A DNA stretch of 64,000 bases from a virus. Below, one piece after another: positions 1 to 10,187 of the stretch. The translations under genes and the position numbers were made by a program. Numbering within the stretch: position 1 is the stretch's first letter; each line of letters begins with the position of its first letter. The stretch spans positions 32,001 through 96,000 of the IMG/VR virus record IMGVR_UViG_3300036770_004732, one strand, 5' to 3'. The notes beneath the pieces were generated by a model. It had not been told where the DNA came from. It ran no database searches and saw only the letters and a list, made by a program, of their open reading frames with translations.

Positions 1-845
1 GGGTTTTGTGTAGCAGCAAGAACAGCAGCATAAACTGCTTTATATAATGCTTCTAATCCTTTTTGTATTAAAGGAATTAATTTATTATATAAAGAATTAA
101 TTGCCTGCCCAACAAATCCATTTGAAATACCAACAATTTTATCTACAGACCTACTAATCTCTGGTTTTACATTTTGGATTTTATTTGTTACGTCATTAAC
201 TTTTTGTAATAGATTATTAACTTCCGCTCCAATTCCTTTTGCAACAGTATCATTACTTGAGTTACCAAGTACAATTTTTTTACCTACTCCAGAAAAATAA
301 AATACTTCATCCTTTGCTTCACTTTTTTGATTTAACTTACTTATAATTTCTGGTGTTACATCTCTTGGAGATTTTTGAGAATTGCTTTTTTCTTCACTCG
401 ATTCAGATTTATATAAAGTTCCATTTGGTGGTGGTATTCTTTCAGTATAACCAGTAAAAGGCACAAATGGAGACCTAAAACTTGTACTAGGCACTTGATC
501 TGTTCTACCAAAACAACCAATAATAACTGGTATTTGAGCATTATCACCATCTAAAAAGAATCCAAGTACAGTATCCCCAGGTCTTAGTTTTGGATTAACT
601 GCATAATTTGCTGCACCACTTCCCGATGTTGGTGGCATGAGAACTTGTGCCCAAGGAAGATCATCATTTGAAAGTTCCGCTGTACTATAAGGATGATAAC
701 CTAAAATTCTAACCTTTGTTCTATTTCCCCATCCACCACCATTTGCTTGAGTTTTTTGCGCTTCAATAGGTGGAATCTGTCCAATCCACCATCTAAACCC
801 ATCTCTCCCTATAAAATTACTTTTAAGTATTGACTCGTCAATCAT
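1..845 (-). CDS. gp5: Baseplate hub/puncturing device protein gp5, N-terminal OB-fold part; runs off the window
   Basis: Not in the ORF track. Manual translation from ATG at 845 gives MIDESILKSNFIGRDGFRWWIGQI...RTKVRILGYHP...DLPWAQVLMPPT...GDTVLGFFLDGDNAQIPVIIG, the typical T4-like gp5 N-terminus. Confidence 0.85.
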   Translation of the reverse strand, partial: MIDESILKSNFIGRDGFRWWIGQIPPIEAQKTQANGGGWGNRTKVRILGYHPYSTAELSNDDLPWAQVLMPPTSGSGAANYAVNPKLRPGDTVLGFFLDGDNAQIPVIIGCFGRTDQVPSTSFRSPFVPFTGYTERIPPPNGTLYKSESSEEKSNSQKSPRDVTPEIISKLNQKSEAKDEVFYFSGVGKKIVLGNSSNDTVAKGIGAEVNNLLQKVNDVTNKIQNVKPEISRSVDKIVGISNGFVGQAINSLYNKLIPLIQKGLEALYKAVYAAVLAATQN

Positions 846-2164
846 TTTTTCTGTCCGAAGGTATCTCTGATTAGTTTCATAGAGGTATAAGAACTTTCAG
901 TATCAAAATGGTGACATAATTCCTTTATCATATATAGTCCACTTGTTTCCTGGTCAAATTCTTTTTTATCAGAACTGCTAATTTTTGGAAAATTACATTC
1001 AATTATATTTCCAGCACTTAAATTTGTGTTTAGGGGAACTATTATATTTAATTGTTGAGTAAACAGACTGTTATATCTCATCAAAGATTGTGATTGATAC
1101 TTCTGAGGATCAGAATTTTTATCCGTAGATACATTTTGCTCTAATGTTCCAACATCTAATATTTGAGTGATCATTCTTGAAGGAATATCTCCAAGAGTCT
1201 GATCAGAACCATCAGAAACTTTTGGTAATTTTAATCTATCGCCAAGATTCTCAGTTGACTTTACATAATCACTTTGCTTGAATAACCCTTCTTCTGGATT
1301 TGAAAATTTAAAGTCCAAGGGATTGAAAAACATTCTATGACTTGCATATGTCCCTAGTCTTAATTTTTCAATTAAATTTTGATTTCGATCAATAAAATAA
1401 TTCAGAATCTTAAAGTCATTATTAATTTTACCACTATCTGAATAAGATTCAACTGCTTCACTGTAAATATAAGTTGCCTTTGATTTTTCTTTATTCATTT
1501 CATCAATAGATCTAAAATTAAATCCATCTTTTGTTTGATAGAATAGAAATCCTGCTGTACCATCTTTAGATTCTACTGGTACAGATTTAGACGCTAACCA
1601 AGTTAAAATCGTAAATGGTTTTCTCATATTTCCAATAAAACCATACTTATTAGAAGTCTTATCAATTTTACCAATTTTATTTGATCTTAATACTTCCTTT
1701 AAAATCTTCTCTACAGACCCATCAATACTTAATGTTGTTGGATACTTTCTTGTAACTCTTACAGTTTCATTTGTAATTGCTTCCCTTGGAACTAAATGCA
1801 ACGTAAAACTTTCTTTCTGTGTTTCTGCAATTACATCAGTAATACTTGAAACATAAAAATAGTTTTCAACTTTGCTTGCAAAATCTAAAGCAATATTTGT
1901 TCTCGTATTTGGTTTCATTTTAAGTGCTAATCTTTCACCACCTCTCAGAGGAAGCCCGTTATATAATGATTGTTTGCTGATATCTTTTTCAGTGGAGGCA
2001 GAATTTCCAGTGTTTACTATTTTTAATTTTGCAGTAACAATAGGTGAAAATATATCTTCATAATATTCAAATGCTACAATAGATGTTCTTAGATCAATTC
2101 TCTGTTTTTGATCATTTGATTCTATTAATACTGTATCGTATATGGACTTTGTTGCTGCTTCCAT
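842..2164 (-). CDS. Conserved cyanomyovirus baseplate protein (gp27-like hub candidate)
   Basis: 440 aa directly upstream of gp5, with YEDIFSP, GFLFYQTKDGFNFRSID and SGLYMIKELCHHF motifs typical of hub-like proteins. Confidence 0.5.
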   Translation of the reverse strand: MEAATKSIYDTVLIESNDQKQRIDLRTSIVAFEYYEDIFSPIVTAKLKIVNTGNSASTEKDISKQSLYNGLPLRGGERLALKMKPNTRTNIALDFASKVENYFYVSSITDVIAETQKESFTLHLVPREAITNETVRVTRKYPTTLSIDGSVEKILKEVLRSNKIGKIDKTSNKYGFIGNMRKPFTILTWLASKSVPVESKDGTAGFLFYQTKDGFNFRSIDEMNKEKSKATYIYSEAVESYSDSGKINNDFKILNYFIDRNQNLIEKLRLGTYASHRMFFNPLDFKFSNPEEGLFKQSDYVKSTENLGDRLKLPKVSDGSDQTLGDIPSRMITQILDVGTLEQNVSTDKNSDPQKYQSQSLMRYNSLFTQQLNIIVPLNTNLSAGNIIECNFPKISSSDKKEFDQETSGLYMIKELCHHFDTESSYTSMKLIRDTFGQKK

Positions 2165-4152
2165 TAGAGGTAATTAAAATCTAAGAGTAATTTTTGTTTC
2201 ATAAATTTATTTAACAGATCAAACTCAGCAATTTGACCAGAAACACCACCACCATAAGATTTTTGAGATCCTACAGAAACTGATGGTTGTTGTGCAGATG
2301 ATCTGTCATCAATAAAAAGAAACTGCTGTCCCATTCTTTCAGTTGTTACCGAATCAGCAACTGCTCTTTGTTGTTGTGACACCGCAGAAGAAATCTGTGG
2401 TTGTTGTGCAGCAGGAGTTACTTCCTTTTCTGATGGAATTTTTGCAAGTTGAGGAGAAACCTGACTCGCTTTTGATCCTGCAGCACCATGAGATACGGTG
2501 ATTCCTCCACTTCCTATAATTTCTGCTTCTCTACCATAACCACCACGATAGTAAACTTCACCAACAGCAAAAGGGAACTTAGTTGCAGATCCTGGTTGTG
2601 AAGGAAATGTTTGTTTTGTTTTTGGATTGTGCTCTTGAATATCAACTCCTGCACTACTTCTTGCACCATGTGCTCTTTGCTCCGCAGCAATCAATGCTTT
2701 TAATTCAGAATCTGATACATTACTGTAAACATCCTTTTTAATATTTCCAAAGTGAACCCAAGATCCTCTAGCAAACATTGCTTTTACTGCTTGGAAGGAA
2801 ACTTCTCTAATGTTTGCCAATTGTGCTGCAGATGGATTTGTAGTTTTTGCATCAATGTGGAAGTGAGTTGCATAGGTAGTATCACCACCACTTCCGGATC
2901 CACCTTGAATAAATCCACCAGATCCAGTCTGAGGAATCAAATTCATTGTTCCTGTAGATGTTGGTCTTGGTGGTGCAGATGAAGATTGCTGTTTTACTTG
3001 AGCAAGGACAGATTTTACCTTTTCTGGTTTAAGAGAACTACTTTGTCCGGAATATGAGAAATTTCCATACGCATTAGGTAATGCTGCCCATACATCCGCC
3101 AAACCTTGCATGAAGTCTTCGGTTTTCATTTTACCAGATAACCAAGAATTACCTCCTTTTCCTTCAATGAGTTTTACTGCAAGAACATCTTGAACTTGTG
3201 GACTAAAAACTGTGTTCTCATTATATCCAGCCGCTTTTGCTCTTCCAAGAAGAAATTGTGGCATTTGTTGATATCGACCAGAAGCACCGGGAGCAGTTCT
3301 AGCAATTTCGCCAATAGTCATTTGACTCAATCCAGGTCTAACTCCCCCAGGAGCACCATTTTGAGCATCATAACCATTATTTTTTTTATCTGTTGATGAT
3401 TCGACCGAATGTATTAAATCAAGTAAAGGTTTCCATCTTCCACCACCACTTCCACCCCCAGGAGTAGGTGCTGGAACTCCTGAAGATTCAGTATCAGGTT
3501 GTTGTTCCCCAGTAGAAGGTATATCAACCTCCCCAGTTGGTTCTAAAAGTGCTTTAAATCCGTCTGCAATTTGTGTTCCTAATAACTCTACCGTACTAGT
3601 CAATTCCGAAAATGAATTTCTTATATCACCAGAAGAATCAGTAAAATCTAAGTTACGTATATCTCTACTAATAAAACCTAATGTTGTACCAAATGATTGA
3701 AGAATTCGGTACATTGTTTGTGGTATAGAGTATATAATTTCTCCCGCTTTTTTCATTCTTGCAATGAATTCTTTTCCCATTGCAATCCAGGTAGGGAGAT
3801 TCTCTAAAATCCATCCCGCTCCAAGATAACCAAGAAAGGATAAGATTCTACTAAGAGGCCCTTGACTACTGGAAGATGCAACTCTTAGTCCAGACTGAAA
3901 ATTTGTTGTTACTTTTGATGCCTCTATTTGATCCTCATATTCTTTTCTTTTTGTTGCCTCTTTTCTTCTTCTTTCTATTATTTGATTTTTAAAGAATAAA
4001 TCACTTCTTACTTTAGTTTTTGTTTCTATTATTTTTTGAATTCTACCAATTGTTACATTAGAACTTGTTAAAGTAGAACGAGTACTAGATATTGATTTTG
4101 ATATTAAATTAATACTAGATGTTTGAGATATAACTTCTGCGGTTGCTGCCAT
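2164..4152 (-). CDS. Virion/baseplate-associated protein with a lambda-type lysozyme domain and a possible M23-like domain
   Basis: LLDLIHSVES...GY...MTIGE...ASGRYQ...FSPQVQD...W motifs of lambda-lysozyme-like domains; helical N-terminus; baseplate context. Confidence 0.6.
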   Translation of the reverse strand: MAATAEVISQTSSINLISKSISSTRSTLTSSNVTIGRIQKIIETKTKVRSDLFFKNQIIERRRKEATKRKEYEDQIEASKVTTNFQSGLRVASSSSQGPLSRILSFLGYLGAGWILENLPTWIAMGKEFIARMKKAGEIIYSIPQTMYRILQSFGTTLGFISRDIRNLDFTDSSGDIRNSFSELTSTVELLGTQIADGFKALLEPTGEVDIPSTGEQQPDTESSGVPAPTPGGGSGGGRWKPLLDLIHSVESSTDKKNNGYDAQNGAPGGVRPGLSQMTIGEIARTAPGASGRYQQMPQFLLGRAKAAGYNENTVFSPQVQDVLAVKLIEGKGGNSWLSGKMKTEDFMQGLADVWAALPNAYGNFSYSGQSSSLKPEKVKSVLAQVKQQSSSAPPRPTSTGTMNLIPQTGSGGFIQGGSGSGGDTTYATHFHIDAKTTNPSAAQLANIREVSFQAVKAMFARGSWVHFGNIKKDVYSNVSDSELKALIAAEQRAHGARSSAGVDIQEHNPKTKQTFPSQPGSATKFPFAVGEVYYRGGYGREAEIIGSGGITVSHGAAGSKASQVSPQLAKIPSEKEVTPAAQQPQISSAVSQQQRAVADSVTTERMGQQFLFIDDRSSAQQPSVSVGSQKSYGGGVSGQIAEFDLLNKFMKQKLLLDFNYL

Positions 4153-4153
4153 C

Positions 4154-5878
4154 TTAGATCACCACATTATAGCAGGAATATGAATATAATGTATAAAAAT
4201 TATCTGGATTAGATGAACGAATCATAGGAACATCAGTCAAAGGCCCATTTGTTGAAGTTTGATTCATTTGAGCACCTTGTTGTTGAGAAGATCCAGAAGA
4301 TGCATAAATGATATTTGGTTTTGGTTCTGGGAGTTCTCCAACATTAGGTGTTTGTGTCGGAACACTTTGAATTTGTGCTGGTTGTATTGGTGAAGTTTTT
4401 GGAGGTATATTTTCTTCTGATTTTAAATTATTATAATTTTCTAGGAAATTGTCAGTATTTCCAGGTTTAAATGTGGACGATGCATCAAAACTTAATTCTT
4501 TATTTCCAGGTAACATTGCTTGATTGGGTTTTACTTCGTTATCAGGAGGTTTTTCTGCAATTGTACTTGAAAAATCAAAAGTATTATTTGCAGAAAGATT
4601 AAATGTATTTGAATAATCTGGAAAATTTATTTTTGGTTCTGAAACCATTTCTTGTTGTGGAGATGGTTTTAATGCTTCAGTTTTTTGTGTTGCTATTGAC
4701 TCTGCATTTGCAGGCAAAACTAATGGTTGTGCAGGTTTTGCCTCTGCTTGAGGTTGTTGCTTATTTAACGATTGTGTAGGTTTTGCTTCTTGTTGAGGTT
4801 GTGATTGATTTCCGAAAAACTTATCATAAATTCCTTTGCCAAAATCTGCAGATGGACTATAAGCAAGAGCACTTGAAACCACACCACTTCCAGGAATAGG
4901 TAATAAAGATCCTGCAGCAAATGCCGCTGCTGATCCAATCATACCCGTAGTTGCTCCTGCAACTGCACGACCAGGATCTTCACCAGATGCAATATCAATA
5001 CCTGTCATTGCAGATCCAACTAGTAATGGTGCTGCTAATCCTCTTATAAAGTTTCCTGCTCCACTTGCCATACCCTTAACTGCACCACCAAGTCCACCAC
5101 CAGGAGGTTTTGCTCCTCCTGGTGGTTTTGCTCCTCCTGGTGGTTTACCTCCCCCACCAGGAGTTACTATGTTCTTGATAATATTAAATGGTGCCGCTAC
5201 TGTTCTACCCAGTAACTTAGCAATTTGACTAACAGCAAACCCTAAAGAAGTTTTTAACGCTCCAATACCAAATTTTATTGCTAATATTGTTCCACCAGCA
5301 ATAGAAAGATATTTGAGAATATTATTTTTAATCTCTGTTAATCTTTCATTATTTCCTTCACCTTCCGCCTTAATATATTCAATAACTTGATTTGTTAACC
5401 ATCCACCAAAAAGATAACTAAGAGATTGCAGAACATTTCCAAATAAACTTTGCACTTTTGGTGCAAGTGCTGCAACTGGAGCAACAATTGCATTTTGTAT
5501 TTTCTTCTCTATCTCACTTTCTTTTCCAATTCTTACTTGTTCTTCTGCAAGTCTTCTTTCACTTTCTTGTTGTGCTCTCAGTATGCTTTCTTCATTTGTT
5601 GCATCCTGTTGTAATAATGTAGAAATAGTGATTAAACCAGTATTTAACTGATTTATGTCTTGTCTTATTAAATTAAGTCCACTTTGAACTTCAACTAAAG
5701 ATGCTTGATTTTGTTGAAGTGTTTGAAGATTCTTAATCTCAGTTTCACTTGGAGTTACTCCAGATAATAAATTAGTTCCTCTTATGGTTTGTCCAGATAC
5801 TGTTGTATTTCCAGCAATAACTTGCCTAGACTCTTGAGAAAGAGGAGAACTTGTAAGTGGTGTGACCTGTTCAGCCAT
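4154..5878 (-). CDS. Tape-measure-like/baseplate hub protein (gp29-like position)
   Basis: 574 aa with coiled-coil, Gly/Ala-rich hydrophobic and Pro/Gln-rich segments; lies next to gp51 and gp26. Confidence 0.45.
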   Translation of the reverse strand: MAEQVTPLTSSPLSQESRQVIAGNTTVSGQTIRGTNLLSGVTPSETEIKNLQTLQQNQASLVEVQSGLNLIRQDINQLNTGLITISTLLQQDATNEESILRAQQESERRLAEEQVRIGKESEIEKKIQNAIVAPVAALAPKVQSLFGNVLQSLSYLFGGWLTNQVIEYIKAEGEGNNERLTEIKNNILKYLSIAGGTILAIKFGIGALKTSLGFAVSQIAKLLGRTVAAPFNIIKNIVTPGGGGKPPGGAKPPGGAKPPGGGLGGAVKGMASGAGNFIRGLAAPLLVGSAMTGIDIASGEDPGRAVAGATTGMIGSAAAFAAGSLLPIPGSGVVSSALAYSPSADFGKGIYDKFFGNQSQPQQEAKPTQSLNKQQPQAEAKPAQPLVLPANAESIATQKTEALKPSPQQEMVSEPKINFPDYSNTFNLSANNTFDFSSTIAEKPPDNEVKPNQAMLPGNKELSFDASSTFKPGNTDNFLENYNNLKSEENIPPKTSPIQPAQIQSVPTQTPNVGELPEPKPNIIYASSGSSQQQGAQMNQTSTNGPLTDVPMIRSSNPDNFYTLYSYSCYNVVI

Positions 5879-6047
5879 TATTTGATCCGTTCTTTAAATT
5901 TTCCTCTTCAATATACTGTTGAAGTAGAGAAACGTACACCTCTCTCTCCCAAGGTATCATATTTTCTAAGTCTGTCAAGCTATATTTATGATGCTGAAGA
6001 AGGGCAAAATTAATCTTATAATATGACGCAAGACTTTCATGCGCCAT
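5871..6047 (-). CDS. gp51: Baseplate hub assembly catalyst gp51
   Basis: Manual translation: MAHESLASYYKINFALLQHHKYSLTDLENMIPWEREVYVSLLQQYIEEEN..., 58 aa, directly after gp26. Confidence 0.85.
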   Translation of the reverse strand: MAHESLASYYKINFALLQHHKYSLTDLENMIPWEREVYVSLLQQYIEEENLKNGSNNG

Positions 6048-6049
6048 TG

Positions 6050-6778
6050 CTAGGCGAAAAAACTTGTCAGGCCCTCTAATACAATTTTATTTTCAACTTC
6101 AGTATTTGGATTTATAACATTAATTGTATGACTTAGTTTTGGCATCGTTTCAAAGAATTTTTCAATTTTTTTAAATTGCTTCGAACTTAAAGATTCTAAG
6201 AAATCACTTAACTCTTTTTTACTACAATCAGATGCTGCCCAAGATTCTTCTTCACTGTAAATCTGTTCAATGCAAGATGTAATAACTCCAAATGTATCCT
6301 CTACACTAATTTGATCATTGCGAATAAAGTTATTTTTGATAAATTCTGTAATTGATGGATATTTCATCCGCACACTCAGATTATCATCCAATTGAATATC
6401 ACGACTATGATCTTTACTTACTTCAACCTTAATATCATCCAAACTAATAGTTACTGGTACTTGTGTCTCCCCATCATCTGGGCAAGTAATTAATACCTCT
6501 GCAGTTTCACCTACAGATTTTCCCCTGATATTTAAAAACAAATATTCTATATCGAAAGTTGCAAGATCATCAACTTTAATTCCTCTGGTAATAATGCAAT
6601 TTTTAATTACATCCTTTACTGCTTCAGTAATTTGCTTTGGTTCTTCACTCTCCATCGCAATGATTAAAATTTTCTCTTCTTTAACTAAAAAAGGTCTATA
6701 TTTAATTGTTTTCTTTAATGAAGGAATTTCCAACTCATATGTTGGTGTAGAAACTTTTGGTAATGGCATAATAATCAA
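6050..6778 (-). CDS. gp26: Baseplate hub subunit gp26
   Basis: MPLPK..PTYEL..P...IKYRPFLVKEEKIL, FDIEYLFLNIRGKSVGE and GL..FF motifs. Confidence 0.9.
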   Translation of the reverse strand: MIIMPLPKVSTPTYELEIPSLKKTIKYRPFLVKEEKILIIAMESEEPKQITEAVKDVIKNCIITRGIKVDDLATFDIEYLFLNIRGKSVGETAEVLITCPDDGETQVPVTISLDDIKVEVSKDHSRDIQLDDNLSVRMKYPSITEFIKNNFIRNDQISVEDTFGVITSCIEQIYSEEESWAASDCSKKELSDFLESLSSKQFKKIEKFFETMPKLSHTINVINPNTEVENKIVLEGLTSFFA

Positions 6779-6794
6779 TGACTAGTGAAAATAT

Positions 6795-7571
6795 TTAGAC
6801 TGCTTTTTGATTCCCAGTCAGACTTGTATATAGTTCTCCTCTTACAATTGCTTCGGTTGGTGTTAAATTAGATGGTCTGAAAACAACTCCAGAAGTTCCT
6901 GCCTGACCAGGAGACATTGGAACTCTGGACACTCTTCTAATTGGATCATTATTTATTGATGTATGAGTATAAACTGAAAGACTTGTTGTTCTTCCAGAAA
7001 TATAACGATCATATTCGAATGTAGCAGCAACTTTTAGCACATCAGATGTCCCATATGAGATAGGTACACTTGAAATTGAAACAGGAAATAATCCTCTAAA
7101 AGTATATTCTATTTCTCTTCTGTAATCTCTATCAAACTTTATAATTCTAGTTTGATCTGATTTATATGTAGATGGATATTGCATCCTAATAAAATAATCA
7201 TTTGAAATTGGATTGGCAGAAGATCCGCTAGCAATATAGTCCATCCAATGTTCCAGTAATTTTAAAGTATTATAATTACTATCTACATAAAATTCTAATG
7301 TTATATTAGTATATAATCTTGTATGTGCTATCTTTTCTCTAATCCCAATATATGGTGATACTTCTGCTGTAGCAAATGACGATGTTGGTAATGATGCAGA
7401 AAAACATAATAATCCAAAATCTCCACCAGTAAAAAATGGAGTAATACCTTTAGTCAATAAAAAAGTTGATAACTCATTTGGAAGTCCACCAAATTGAACT
7501 TCATAATGAGATGTTTGTGCTAGATTTCCAAATAAAGATTTTACGCTAGATATACTTCTGGGAAAAGGCAC
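6795..7571 (-). CDS. Tail-tube-like protein (gp54/gp19 family, baseplate tube initiator)
   Basis: LLCFSASLP, ITLEFYVD...W, YTF.GLFPVSI.S.P.SY...L.V...FEY pattern. Confidence 0.7.
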   Translation of the reverse strand: MPFPRSISSVKSLFGNLAQTSHYEVQFGGLPNELSTFLLTKGITPFFTGGDFGLLCFSASLPTSSFATAEVSPYIGIREKIAHTRLYTNITLEFYVDSNYNTLKLLEHWMDYIASGSSANPISNDYFIRMQYPSTYKSDQTRIIKFDRDYRREIEYTFRGLFPVSISSVPISYGTSDVLKVAATFEYDRYISGRTTSLSVYTHTSINNDPIRRVSRVPMSPGQAGTSGVVFRPSNLTPTEAIVRGELYTSLTGNQKAV

Positions 7572-7611
7572 TCTAAATACCTATAAGTGATCTTTTATTA
7601 TAAGTATTTAG

Positions 7612-8049
7612 ATGTCGTATAAGGGAAAATATCAACCATCATACCCCAAAAAATATAAAGGTGATCCCACAAATATTATTTACCGTTCATTGTGGGAAAG
7701 GCGTTTTATGTCTTATTGCGATTTAAATGAAAATATTTTGGAATGGGGAAGTGAAGAACTTGCTCTTCCTTATCGTTCCCCAATAGATGGAAAAATTCAC
7801 AGATACGTTCCAGACTTTTATATCAAGGTAAAAGAAAATAATGGTTCAATTCAAAAGTATATTATAGAAATCAAACCAAAAAAACAAACAATAGAACCAA
7901 AAGTTCAAAAAAGAAAAACGAAAGGATATATTTTTGAAGTCACAGAATGGGCAAGAAACCAAGCAAAATGGAAAGTCGCTGAAGAATTTTGTGAAGATCG
8001 ACGATGGAAGTTTAAAATTCTCACCGAAGAAGATTTAGGTATTAAGTAA
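7612..8049 (+). CDS. gp4: Head completion nuclease gp4
   Basis: YKGKY.P..P.KYKGDPTNIIYRSLWE, HRYVPDF, IEIKP and NQAKW motifs. Confidence 0.92.
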   Translation: MSYKGKYQPSYPKKYKGDPTNIIYRSLWERRFMSYCDLNENILEWGSEELALPYRSPIDGKIHRYVPDFYIKVKENNGSIQKYIIEIKPKKQTIEPKVQKRKTKGYIFEVTEWARNQAKWKVAEEFCEDRRWKFKILTEEDLGIK

Positions 8050-8630
8050 TGGCACTCACAGGATATGAAAAACCAGAACTTGAAGATTATTCATTAAGTG
8101 AACTAAAAGAAATTGCAACCAATTATTATATACCTCATCAATATACTAAAACTGGTGCGACTAGTACAAACTATAGTCGTCTAAACAAAACTCAACTCAT
8201 TTATATTATTAAATATGATGCAGACTACCAGAGAGCAAATCCAAAATTAAGATCTGGTGGAAAAAAGGGACAAAGAAAATCAGAAAATAGAATTGCATCA
8301 ATTAAAAGAGATTTAATTGGTATTGAAAGTCCTTCTGAATTGATGAATATGATCATAGAAAGATTGCAAGATACTGAAAGTCAATATCCTTCTGGCGGCA
8401 AGTATTATACCTACATATATTATGCTAAGACACCAAATATTATTTACGATCGTTATCCATTGATTATGGCATCAGAACCAATGGATTATGGTTTCTTTGG
8501 ATTTAATTATCATTGGGGTAAAATGAGACAATATACTTTCAAGGAAGTTGCAAGTCCATTTTATGAAGTAACAGTTAATGAATTCAATACTCTTCGTTCT
8601 ATTCCTTATGCCGATTTTCGACAAACTTAA
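8049..8630 (+). CDS. DNA end protector gp2-like protein
   Basis: GKYYTYIYYAKTP..YDRYPLI...GF.G.N.HW motif; follows gp4. Confidence 0.55.
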   Translation: MALTGYEKPELEDYSLSELKEIATNYYIPHQYTKTGATSTNYSRLNKTQLIYIIKYDADYQRANPKLRSGGKKGQRKSENRIASIKRDLIGIESPSELMNMIIERLQDTESQYPSGGKYYTYIYYAKTPNIIYDRYPLIMASEPMDYGFFGFNYHWGKMRQYTFKEVASPFYEVTVNEFNTLRSIPYADFRQT

Positions 8631-8652
8631 AAATAAATAGTTAAAAAAATAA

Positions 8653-9540
8653 ATGGCACAAATACTACGATATCCTAAAGCTAGTATTGGAAAAAATGAC
8701 GATTTTTTCCAAATTGATGTTGTAGAATATAAACAACCTGGATTGACTGCTGGTACTGTAGGATTAAATGCATTAAGAACAACTGATCAAGCATTACAAG
8801 GAAGTGTTCCCATAAGTACAATACTACTTCCTATGCCCCAGTCAGTGTCAGATTCTAATTCAGCAAATTGGGGAGAAAATACTTTAAATGCTGCTCTTGC
8901 AGCAGGTTTAATTGCGGGACAAGGAGTTATTGAAGGAGCAGATCCTTTTTCGGCAGCAGTAAAATCTGGTGCAGAAATATTTAAAAAATTTGAAAGTGCA
9001 TTTACACAAGGAACAGGACAAAAAGTAACTTCAACAATATTTTCAAAGTTGGCAATTCAAGCACTCACTGGTCAAGATGCAAATATAAATGGATTAATTT
9101 CAAGAACAACTGGATCAGTAGTTAATCAAAATGTTGAAATGTTATTTCAAGGTGTAAATATTCGCACTGCGTTTCAATTTACTTTTGATTTAATTCCAAG
9201 ATCTCAACCAGAAGCAGATGAAATAAAAAGAATTATAAAAACTTTTAAAAGAGAAATGACTCCCAGAAGAACAGGATCTGGATCTGGTGGCGGATTCTTT
9301 GTAAAATCACCAAATGTATTTAAAATTCAATATAGAACAGGGTCAAGACCACATCCATTTTTAAATAAGTTTAAACCTTGTGCCTTAACAAACATGAGTG
9401 TTAATTATACAGGATCTGGTCAATATGCATCTTTTACTGATGCTACACCAGTTCATATGATCCTAACTCTACAATTTCAAGAACTTTCTCCAATTTACGC
9501 AGAAGATTATCAAAGTATTACAGAAGGAGTTGGTTACTAA
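8653..9540 (+). CDS. gp48: Baseplate tail tube cap gp48
   Basis: LRYP, ILLPMP..VSD.N...W, N.NVEMLFQG...R.F.F.F.L.PRS..EA and FKPCALT motifs. Confidence 0.88.
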   Translation: MAQILRYPKASIGKNDDFFQIDVVEYKQPGLTAGTVGLNALRTTDQALQGSVPISTILLPMPQSVSDSNSANWGENTLNAALAAGLIAGQGVIEGADPFSAAVKSGAEIFKKFESAFTQGTGQKVTSTIFSKLAIQALTGQDANINGLISRTTGSVVNQNVEMLFQGVNIRTAFQFTFDLIPRSQPEADEIKRIIKTFKREMTPRRTGSGSGGGFFVKSPNVFKIQYRTGSRPHPFLNKFKPCALTNMSVNYTGSGQYASFTDATPVHMILTLQFQELSPIYAEDYQSITEGVGY

Positions 9541-10187
9541 TGACATATTTTAGAGAACTTCCAAACGTACAATATCAATCTTTTCTTTCAGATAAACAAT
9601 CATCTCAAGATTATTTTCTTGTAAAAAATATTTTTAGAAGAGTGAAAATAAGAGATGATTTACAAAATATCTTTACTTTGTTCAATAAGTATCAAATCGT
9701 TGATGGTACAAGACCAGAATTAGTTGCAGAAGAAATTTATGGCAGTGTTGAATATGATTGGGTAGTTATTATTAGTGCAGGAATTACAGACATTAGAAAT
9801 GAATGGCCTTTATCAAATAAAGACTTATACCATTATTGTGAGAGAATCTATGGTAATGATTTAAATTCAATTCATCACTATGAAACAACTGAAGTAAAAG
9901 ATGACAAAGGCAGATTGATATTACCTTCGGGTCAAATTGTAAATTCTAACTTTACAATACCAAATCCAATCTCACCACTACAAACTTTAAATCCTGTAGT
10001 TGGTATTAGTAATTATGAGTATGAAACAATCAAAAATAATGAAAAAGGTTTGATTTATCTTTTAAAACCAGAGTATCTTCAAACTGCTCTGAAAGACATG
10101 AGAAGAGAATTATTTTACGATGAATCTTCTCAATACATTGATCAACAAACAATTAAAACCGAAAATACTTATATTACTTTACCATAA
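9540..10187 (+). CDS. gp53: Baseplate wedge subunit gp53
   Basis: YFRELPN, KNIFRR, RPE.VA...YG...DWVV, IHHYET and NYEYE motifs. Confidence 0.9.
   Translation: MTYFRELPNVQYQSFLSDKQSSQDYFLVKNIFRRVKIRDDLQNIFTLFNKYQIVDGTRPELVAEEIYGSVEYDWVVIISAGITDIRNEWPLSNKDLYHYCERIYGNDLNSIHHYETTEVKDDKGRLILPSGQIVNSNFTIPNPISPLQTLNPVVGISNYEYETIKNNEKGLIYLLKPEYLQTALKDMRRELFYDESSQYIDQQTIKTENTYITLP

Noticed and set aside
5098-5160. KPPGGA tandem repeat in the tape-measure-like gene
   Set aside because: It is a short low-complexity linker with no evidence of a separate function.
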